A DNA stretch of 64,000 bases, from IMG/VR virus record IMGVR_UViG_3300029288_000157. The stretch is one strand, 5' to 3'. Both the position numbers and the translations under genes were made by a program. Source of the DNA: an uncultured virus (IMG/VR IMGVR_UViG_3300029288_000157). Lineage: Duplodnaviria; Heunggongvirae; Uroviricota; Caudoviricetes. The notes under the pieces were generated by a model. The model was not told where the DNA came from. It did not search any database and saw nothing but the letters and a program-made list of their open reading frames with translations. Positions 34,547-43,483 of the stretch are shown piece after piece (position 1 is the first letter of the stretch; every line of letters starts with the position of its first letter).

Positions 34547-34590
34547 AGGGAGGCCGTTGCACTTACCCCTTCACCCCCTTGCTATTCAAA
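34544..34590 (+). repeat. Dispersed hairpin element, degenerate TGC-triloop type
   Basis: TGAAGGG...GT-TGC-AC...CCCTTCA, then CCCCCTTGCTATTCAAA. Confidence 0.6.
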
Positions 34591-35853
34591 TAGTGTAAAC
34601 TTCCCACTCTTTTCCATGAGATACATTCAGCACAAACTATTAGCCCTCTCTAACCTCCTCCACCTTTCCCAACAGCACCTCATCATCACCATCACCCCGA
34701 CTTTCACATGGACTGCTATTACACCCATAGACTTTTATTTCGCCGAAACGTATAATGATCTAGTCGATAAGATCAACCAGGGAATACGTGACACTATGGC
34801 AGAGAACAACATAAGCGACGTGGACTTGTACGAGGAGATGAAGAAGATAGACATGCCAAAAGAACCGGGACGATGGTATTAACATGGAGAACAAGTGCGC
34901 TTATTATTATACGGATATGTATCATGCTGGATCGCTCTGTTATGGTTATGATAAATGTTATTGGACAGAGGATGAAGAAGCGCGAGAGGAATGTGAGTAT
35001 TATAAGGAGAAAGTTTAATGACAAATGAAAAAGCAGCAGAGTTAAAGCGAGATGAAATGATAAAAGTATGGAGAAGAATAAAAACGTCACTACTTTACAT
35101 AGATTTGTTAAATAGTGAATATTATGATCTTCTTGAAATGCCAGATGAAATAAGAGATCATTATGATACTCTTGGAAATGATGAAATACCGAAGTTCATA
35201 GAAATTATGGACATAGCACTTGGTTTAGAAAGGAGATATTAAAGTGAGAGGACATTTTGAAAAGGGAGCGTGGGTTGAAGAAGCACCAAGTAAATCTATG
35301 AAACAATTAATTGCTGAAGAGGTTGCGGAGAGAATGAATGACGCATATTTAGAACTTAATGACTCTCTACAATTACGAGCAGAAACTGAATTAAATAAGA
35401 AAATTGACAAAGCAATCAAACGGGTGGATTGGAATCATGCATCTGATATACCAGTTCCAACCAGAACATATCTAGGATTTATAAGAGAGGAGTGGCTTTA
35501 TCTATTGCTTTGTACGATTATGATAGTTCTTGTAATTTCAATTGATTGGTGGATTAAAAAATGACTGAATACAACGTAGGGCGTATATCTAAAGTATTAT
35601 GCAATGGAGTAGAAGTTGAAAAGCGACAATATCATTATTCTATGCTTTTTGATACCAAGGAAGATATGGATCATATTGATGAACTTAATGGAGAGGTAAG
35701 AACTGCTCTTAATCAAGTGCGTGTTGGCGAGCGATGTTATTCATTAGACCCTAAATATGAACGAATCTACGGAACAATTGAAGAAGAATATCCCGAAACC
35801 TTCGTTGTTAGATTTGATACTCCTCCAAAAGTGGGCTGTGAGGTTTACATAGA

Positions 35854-36087
35854 ATGACATTACCAGATTACCTGTTATCATGTCCGTTATGTAATGGGCA
35901 ATGCGCTGTTTGGAAACATGAAAATGGTAATTGTCATGTTACCTATTCTTATTCAATTGAGTGTGAAAACGAAGACGATTGTGGATGCAGCACTGGTGAG
36001 TTTGATACAGCAGAAGAAGTAATAGAAGTGTGGCATCGCAATCCCCACGGTAGGATTAAATTCCCAATGAAAACAGTTAACTTTTAA
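35854..36087 (+). CDS. Lar-like Zn-finger protein
   Basis: LLSCPLCNG...C....CG...EEVIEVW. Confidence 0.55.
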   Translation: MTLPDYLLSCPLCNGQCAVWKHENGNCHVTYSYSIECENEDDCGCSTGEFDTAEEVIEVWHRNPHGRIKFPMKTVNF

Positions 36088-36517
36088 AAATCATGTCCAC
36101 AATCGAGGATCTTGCAGAGAAGGCACTGCAGAAGTGCAAGGATCGCATCGCGCGGACGCATAAGTCACTGCAGGAACTTGAGTTGGACGAGAGTGAGTTT
36201 GAGATAAGTAAGAGAATGAAGGAGAGAAGAGGGCTGTGATAGTTATCAGTGATACGTATTTAAAGGTATCGTCAATTAGCGATAGGGTGAAACAAAATGA
36301 ACAGTGAAAGAATTAGAGAAATATTAAAAGGATTTGATTTTGCAGATCATAATATCATTTACATCGACTGTGATATAATAATATTAGACCCACCAAAGGG
36401 TATTACCATGAATGCGTTCTGCCTTGGGGTTTATGATGTAATGTATGAACTGCGACGGGAAGGATTTGAAGGAATGACAATGTATACTTTTAATGGATTG
36501 AAACACATTGTATCAAC

Positions 36518-36958
36518 GTGAGTATTATGACCCCTAAACTCTACACAGACGGTGCGTGCCGTGGGAATCCGGGTGATGGTGCTTGTGCATGGAACTTGGT
36601 CAAAGACGACACTATACTATTTTCCACTGCTGTTTACGTAGGCCACTGCACGAACAATATCGCCGAGTACTGCGCGGTGTTGTATGGACTTATCTCGCTC
36701 ATCCCATCGGACGTCAAGGAACTCATCGTCACCAGTGATAGTGAACTGATAGTAAACCAATTAACAGGCACGTATCAATGTAACAAGCCAGAGTTGAACT
36801 TCTACCGGGTGCAGATCCTGGAGATAGTGAAACAACATTTTAAGAGTGTGAAGTTCGAACACGTTCCAAGGACGGATAGATTTATTGGGGATTGTGATAG
36901 ATTGTGTAATGAAAGATTAGATCAGATTAATAAGGAAAAAGATTATGGGATTATTTGA
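36518..36958 (+). CDS. rnhA: Ribonuclease HI
   Basis: LYTDGACRGNPG, TNNIAEY, DSEL, HVPR...D. Confidence 0.93.
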   Translation: MSIMTPKLYTDGACRGNPGDGACAWNLVKDDTILFSTAVYVGHCTNNIAEYCAVLYGLISLIPSDVKELIVTSDSELIVNQLTGTYQCNKPELNFYRVQILEIVKQHFKSVKFEHVPRTDRFIGDCDRLCNERLDQINKEKDYGII

Positions 36959-38057
36959 TTTTTTATTTGGAAGTAGTGAACAGAGTAAGGAAAAATTAAG
37001 GAGATCGATGTATCATCCAAATACTCCTACGTATGGAATGTTTGGTGGTATGTATGATCATTGGCCCGGTATGAGTGTTCCACATAGTGATACCACCACA
37101 CCTCGCGTTGCAAAGAGAATAACAAATGGGGTGTTACAGGAACTTCCGGTCAAGAAATGCTCGGAATGCCCATTTTCGTGCATGGGATATATTGGTATTA
37201 CACGGCCATCTCAATATGATTGCCATCATCCTAATATTACTCCTTGGAATAGTTCATATGGTAAACCGTATTTATTTCCAATCGAATATGAATCATTTCC
37301 AGATTGGTGTCCATTATTGACTTGTAAACCACCTGAATTTGATAGTGAAGGAAACCAACTTTTATCTGGCACTATAGTTAAACCAGCAACAGGTGGCGCT
37401 GTTGATGAAACTAATCCTATTTTAAATGATCATTATGATATAGGTCTGGCAGCGGGAGGAGTAAATATTTTTAGGGATGATTATTTTTGATGTACAAATG
37501 AACCATTTGAATTTACACTTGAACACGGCACAACTATGTGCAGTAGATTATGGCCTAATCAGGATGAACTATGTTATTAGAACTTGCTCAAATTTTTGCT
37601 AATTTCATCATCAGTGCAATTTTCCTGATACTGGTGTTTGGAGTAGCATTGTCAGTTGGAGTGCTGTTGTGGATGTACAGGATTGTGAAGTTGTGGGAGG
37701 ATTAATAATGCAACAAGACGGACAAAAACTTTCTGTAATATTAGAATTTTATAGAAATGACTTCAATGAGAAATTTCCAAAATTAAATGAACCCCAGTTA
37801 CAAACACAAATCCATTTATATGTAATGGAGCATATAAGGACTTACGATGATTGTGATTTATTACCGTACATAATGAATAAAAGATTTATGATTAATTTTG
37901 TACAAAAATTTGTGGAATATATAATGGAAGATCCAAAGTCATTATATTTACGATCCGTATACTTATATTGTGCTAGAAATTTTGTTATGGATTATTTGAA
38001 ATTAACATATCCATATGAGTTACCAATTGATAGAAACTTTTTGTGTGATGAGGACGA

Positions 38058-38387
38058 ATGACGCAAATAAATCTTAAATTTACATCAAAGAATGAAGACC
38101 TTGTTTACAATGGTCATAAGTGCGCGACGACTCGTGACGAGCCAAAGGGAAAGGTTGGTGATGTGTTTGCAGTAAGGGATCGATTGTATAGAATAATTGA
38201 TATCTTTGAAATTGCGTGGGTTGATATGTATGACTTTTACAAAGTTGATGGATTTCACAATGCACGAGATTACATAAAAGAAGTTCAGACCGTGTATCCA
38301 GATGTCTTTAAAACCCCAGAAAAGGGAGAACCAATTCCAGTGCTGTATGTGCACTTCTTTGCTTATGTAGGAGATAAAAATGAGTGA
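38058..38387 (+). CDS. ASCH/PUA-like domain protein
   Basis: LKF...G.KCATTR...VGD...DGF. Confidence 0.75.
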   Translation: MTQINLKFTSKNEDLVYNGHKCATTRDEPKGKVGDVFAVRDRLYRIIDIFEIAWVDMYDFYKVDGFHNARDYIKEVQTVYPDVFKTPEKGEPIPVLYVHFFAYVGDKNE

Positions 38388-39314
38388 AAATTGGCTAGAT
38401 GATTATAAAACTAGATTTGATTACATGAAAACATTGGATATTGTAAAAGATGATGCGATAGCCACCATAGATGAAACTCTTAAAATTATTGAAGAAGTAT
38501 ATGAGCATTTGAATAAAAATCCAATTGAGGATCTTTCAATGGATGAAGGCGCTATATGGTTACTGGCAATTACATTGTCTCAAACACGAGATGTATATAG
38601 TAATATTATAAATGATTATAATAATTTAGTGAATGATTATAATGATGTAATAACAAGACACAATGATTACAAAACAAAAGTAAATGAAACAAAAAATGAG
38701 GCTTTAAGAATGTTGGATACAATACAACGACGAAATGATAAGTTTATATTGTCATTATTTTCATATTTATGAGGAGTTAAAATGAATGGGCCGACGACTT
38801 TGAAGACGTGCAATGGATGTGAATTGTTAAACTACGGATATACCAAGTATAGTTCTGATTATTATAGGTGTGTGCATCCTGACATTTATATTGGTGGTGG
38901 ATTAGATGCATTTACAACACAACATGGAGTTCTTATGATAATTTGTCCACGGATTTGTCCTATGTATAATAACAAGTGATAAAATGCAATTTGATGATAA
39001 ATTAAGATTTATAATTAAGGAACTTGGTTTTCGTGATCATCATGAGTTTGATCTTCCAGTTTATAAAAATGGAAAAATCTCTATTATACGAATGGGATGG
39101 GATGGAAACTATTGGATACTGATTGAAGTTGATGAAAATTGTGTATATGAGGGTAATTGGAAAGATTATGTACCAAAAGAATGTAAAATAAAATTATTAA
39201 AGAAAATTGATGAATTTACCGAAATTGCTCATAAACATAAATGTAAATGTGATGCTCATCGACGCCAATTTGAGTTAAACGTTTATGAAAAACTCAATGG
39301 ATTGTGTGAATAAA

Positions 39315-39785
39315 ATGAATACAAAAGTTATGACCTCATCGAAGACGCATGAATGGACGACGCCGCGTGACTTGTTTGATCACTTAAATACTATTTATGA
39401 GTTCACGTTGGATCCTGCGGCGACGAAGGAAAATGCGCTGTGTGAGAAGTATTATGATGCAGTGACGAATGGGTTGGCGTACTCGTGGGCTGGTGAGACG
39501 GTCTTTGTGAATCCACCGTATGGTAGGCAGCATAATAGGAAGTGGGCACAGAAGATTGCTGAAGAGGGTAGGCACACTACAGTCGTGGCCTTGGTCGCTT
39601 CGAGGACTGGATCAAAGTGGTTCCAGGACAACATAGTGTATGCGAACAAGTTGTACTTTTTGCGGGGAAGACTGAAGTTCGGTGGCTGTGCGACTAACTC
39701 TGCGACGTTTGACAGTGTAGTGGCCGTGTGGGATGGTAGTGAGGATAGGGTGATTGAGTTTTGCGACTGGAGGGAGATTAAATGA
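39315..39785 (+). CDS. Phage-type DNA N6-adenine methyltransferase (Dam-like)
   Basis: EWTTP, FTLDPAA, GL..SW, VFVNPPYG, RTGSKWF, GRLKF. Confidence 0.9.
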   Translation: MNTKVMTSSKTHEWTTPRDLFDHLNTIYEFTLDPAATKENALCEKYYDAVTNGLAYSWAGETVFVNPPYGRQHNRKWAQKIAEEGRHTTVVALVASRTGSKWFQDNIVYANKLYFLRGRLKFGGCATNSATFDSVVAVWDGSEDRVIEFCDWREIK

Positions 39786-40146
39786 CAAAATGGCCGGAGA
39801 ATGTTATAGGAACAATTGTTAGGATTATCAATGAATATGAAGTATTGGCAAAATTTACCAACAAGGTTTTTATTGATCAATTCATTGGAGTATTTGCTAA
39901 AACCGAACCTATTTTTGATCCAGAGGATGGTGAATATATCGACGATGTGACTATATTTAGAACACGTTTATTAGTTAAAGAAGTAGATATTAATCCTCCC
40001 AATATTTATGCTATACTAGAAACAATTCCAGCAAAAACTTATTTCTTGGGAAGAAAACCATTAAACGTAGATCCAAAGGATATAAAACCAATTGAGTATG
40101 ATCCTATTATACGAGAAGGGGATTTGTTAATTAGGGTGTGAAAAAG

Positions 40147-40290
40147 ATGGCTGATATAACGATGTGCTCGAACAAGGCGTGTCCTTTGCGTGCGCGGTGT
40201 TACAGGGCGATGGCTAGGGTAAGTCCACTGTGGCAGTCTTGGAAAGAGTATGATAAGGATGAGGATAATTGTTTCGAGGAGGTTAAATGA
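40147..40290 (+). CDS. Small Cys-containing phage-type protein (below the ORF-track cut-off)
   Basis: My translation: MADITMCSNKACPLRARCYR..., 47 aa. Confidence 0.6.
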   Translation: MADITMCSNKACPLRARCYRAMARVSPLWQSWKEYDKDEDNCFEEVK

Positions 40291-41494
40291 GAACCAGAGA
40301 AGAAGTTGAAGTCCTTATTGAGCATTTTCGAAAACAACCAAGGAGGACTCTTGAAGATGCGTATTTTTCAAAGTATGCTTTACAATTACTGAATTGGTTT
40401 CTTGGTGATGCTGAAACAGATATGCGTGAAAGAATTCAATACGAACTGGCTAAAATGGAATGTTTAAAGAATATGAATAATTTATGTGAACTTGATGTAG
40501 AAAAAATTATGGAATATATGGGATTGAATTATGATAAGAACTTGTAAAGATTGTGGAACTCCTCTCCTGTACGAGTGTCTTTGGCCGGATGGGAGTGTTC
40601 GGTGTTCGAAGTGTCATAATAAGAAGTTGAAGAGTTTAGATAAAATTATTGAGAGGAGAAGATTGAATGATGTTAAAGTGTCCCAAATGTGGGTATAAAC
40701 TAGGCTGGATTTCAGAGTATGTCAAGGTAAAGATGGAGCACAAGTGTGAATGCCCTTGTTGTGGGAAGCGGGTGAAAGTGTGACTATGATTTACGTGGCG
40801 TATGCGAAGGAGTGCTGCGATGGGTTTGAAGTCGTGGTGACTCCGAAGCCGGATGAAGACGATGTGTATCACTATAGGATCGGAATGGTCAATGCACTGA
40901 ACAAGTATCAGAGGATTGATGTGGAAGAGAAGTTTAAGGTAAGGTATTTGAAGCAGTTGAAGAAGTTCCATGACGGAGGGTTCTTTGAGAGGTCTAATGG
41001 GAAGATGATCCTGTTGGATGATAAGGAGAACACGTTCTGGTTTGAGATGTTGGCGGGGTTTTTGGAGAAGAAGGGCTATCAGGTTAGGGTTATAAAAGAA
41101 GATCAAAAGAGGTTATAAAAATGGAAGGAATGGAAGCGTACTATAGAGGACAGGCTGCCAGAGCACGCGGAGATCCGGTCAAAGTATTTGATTGGGAAAA
41201 AGCAGCAATGATTATTACAACAGAACCAGAAATGGAGTATACTGCATCATTAATTGAGGATTATTCCTCGACTGCCGGAGAAATTTGGAACAGGGATGGT
41301 ATTGTAAATGAATATACTTATTTAGAATCCGTTTGGGCAACTCCGTCTTTAAATGATGATCCGTGCTGGAAATATAGTGACGAACTTAAATCCATAGGAA
41401 AAAATTGGAACTTTGAAACTAAATGGCCACCAGAGGCAATAAAAATTTTGGTTGATGCTGAAATTTTAGAAGAAGTTAATGGTGAGTATAAACG

Positions 41495-41588
41495 AAAGTT
41501 TTAAATGTTGGTAAATTGAACTTTTATGTGCACGAAGGCAAGGAGAGGAAAGGAAGGCCATCTTCCTTTTTTCAATTTGTTGACGCCG
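41495..41588 (-). promoter_or_regulatory. Composite dispersed element, copy 6 (inverted)
   Basis: Reverse complement reads CGGCGTCAACAAATTGAAAAAAGG...GTGCACATA...CCAACATTTAAAA. Confidence 0.85.
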
Positions 41589-42210
41589 ATTTTTGCCGCG
41601 TTTTTGAGGCCCGATTTGAGTGGCCCGGTTTTGGATAGTAATGTTTAAATGCCGCCGCGTTGTATATTTTATTTGAAAATGTGATTTAGATGAAAGATTT
41701 TGATTATGAAGACTTTATTGATAGGTGCGAATTTGGGTATGAGTTGCAAACGAGTGGTAAATATATTCCAATTGTTAAACTTGAAGTTGTTAAGGCATCG
41801 TTTTTTGGAAAATTAACTGTTCTAAAGTGGTATTCTCATAGAATGTTTGAAATGCATATATATAACGAACTGGGTATCGATACTAGTATGGTTTACATAC
41901 AGCATAACTTGGATTTTAGCAGCGTTGTCAATGACTGTTCAAAGTTTATTGTCATAACGATATATCCAGAGAATTACTGTATGTATCCACACCGGGACAA
42001 TTTTGTGTTACATGTTCTAGGGGAATCTCAAAAAATAGATTATGAATACATGTCAGTTGAACAATACAAAGATTTGGTAAAAAGTGATATAAGGAGTAGC
42101 ATTGAGTCTGAAAAGCGTCGAGAGTCAGAGCGATTGAAACAAAAACAAAAAGAGAAGGAAGCCTTGGATGAGTTTAACAAGCATCCATTTCACTTCATTA
42201 GGTGTGGTAA

Positions 42211-42828
42211 ATGACCCTTTTAGTTGACTGGGAGATTCGACGCGCGGTTGAGGACGGGCTGATTGGCATCGACGGCTTCAACCCGGACAACCTCGGCCCG
42301 AACTCGTACGACATCACGCTGGATAGCAGTTTCGTCGAATTTAAAGGTTTTAGTGCGGATCGTGGAATCTATGAGGCATTTGATGACTACGATCCCCTCA
42401 ACAAAGTTAATGAGCAATACTATAAGACATTTGATACAAGCACTTATGTAATTCACTCTAGCCAGTTGCTCCTTGGTAGTACGATTGAGCGATTTAAGAT
42501 TAACCCAGGCATAGTAGCATTCGTACACGGTCGGTCGTCGTGGGCGCGCATTGGGTTGCAGATTCACGCAGCGGGGCTGTTGGACAGTGGTTGGGAGGGC
42601 AATATCACGCTGGAGATAGTCAATTTCGCGCCGTTTCCCATTATATTGAGGAAGGGCGATAAAATTGGACAGGTCACCTTTGATCGAGTGGCCGAGTGCG
42701 AGGTGCCGTATTACAAGCGAGAGAAATCGAAGTATGATCGACAGGTCGGCGCCACGGAGAGCAGGTTATGGAAAGACTATGAAGGGGTAACCTACTCCCT
42801 TCACCCCTCTGGAGCAGATCATGAATAA
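42211..42828 (+). CDS. dcd: dCTP deaminase
   Basis: PNSYD, GRSSWARIGL, AGLLDSGWEGNITLE, IGQ, SKYDRQ. Confidence 0.93.
   Translation: MTLLVDWEIRRAVEDGLIGIDGFNPDNLGPNSYDITLDSSFVEFKGFSADRGIYEAFDDYDPLNKVNEQYYKTFDTSTYVIHSSQLLLGSTIERFKINPGIVAFVHGRSSWARIGLQIHAAGLLDSGWEGNITLEIVNFAPFPIILRKGDKIGQVTFDRVAECEVPYYKREKSKYDRQVGATESRLWKDYEGVTYSLHPSGADHE
42781..42810 (+). repeat. Dispersed hairpin element inside the dcd 3' end
   Basis: GAAGGGGTA-ACC-TACTCCCTTC, then ACCCCTCT. Confidence 0.7.
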
Positions 42829-43102
42829 GTTTGTAGTGCACTGTAAAAAGTCTCCATATGATGTTTATATTGGAAGGCCATCAAAGTGGGGTAATCCATT
42901 TTCTATTGGTAAAGATGGAACTCGTATAGAAGTTATTGTCAAGTATAGAGAATATTTGCTTCAAAACGAGGAGTTAATGAAATCGCTTCCAGAACTCAAA
43001 GGTAAAGTCCTTGGATGCTGGTGCGCTCCTCTTGCTTGTCATGGCGATATATTAGCAGAGTTGGCAAACAATGCAGGACAATTGGGTTTGAGTGAGTTTT
43101 GA
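42821..43102 (+). CDS. DUF4326-like protein with C-terminal PIP-box-like motif
   Basis: DVYIGRPSKWGNPF, LKGKVLGCWCAP..CHGD; ends QLGLSEF. Confidence 0.88.
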   Translation: MNKFVVHCKKSPYDVYIGRPSKWGNPFSIGKDGTRIEVIVKYREYLLQNEELMKSLPELKGKVLGCWCAPLACHGDILAELANNAGQLGLSEF

Positions 43103-43390
43103 TTATGAAAGTTAGAGAGTTGGTCGAGGAACTGAAGAAGGTTCCAGAAGAGTATTTGAATAGAACTGTGATGGCGAGCATAGACGTTATTGAAGAGGAT
43201 GGTCGCATTACCAAATTGATAAATACTGGCATTAAGTGTGTAAACGTGGCCGATGAATACCAGGAAGACGAGCCGGAGGAACAGGAAGACGAGCCAGAGA
43301 AGCCGCCGAAGTATTTCAACGACGCCGATGTGTTCTTTGATAGATTTTTGAGACAGGTAGGATGAACGGGGCTTAAAATGCTGCTAAAAA

Positions 43391-43483
43391 CGGTGTCAAC
43401 AAATTGAAAAAGAGAAACGACTTCCCTTTTCCAACGTGTCTTTGGGTGCACATGATAGTTAGTATTACAAACATTTAAATCTT
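43391..43483 (+). promoter_or_regulatory. Composite dispersed element, copy 7
   Basis: CGGTGTCAACAAATTG (43391), hairpin, GTGCAC (43446), TTTAAA (43474). Confidence 0.85.

Noticed and set aside
22574..43299. Borg-like tandem repeat arrays (12-bp unit at 22574, 21-bp unit at 43261)
   Set aside because: Only 2-3 units each and only two loci seen, too few to call a Borg-type repeat system.
1548..43483. Hairpins as intrinsic transcription terminators
   Set aside because: The stand-alone hairpins have no U-tract after the stem on the coding strand (purine tracts follow instead), several lie inside ORFs, and archaeal terminators are usually oligo-T without such stems. Not fully excluded.
1548..43483. 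CRISPR array
   Set aside because: The repeats are kb apart and divergent, with no regular repeat-spacer period. The Cas4-like nuclease sits in a recombination module.
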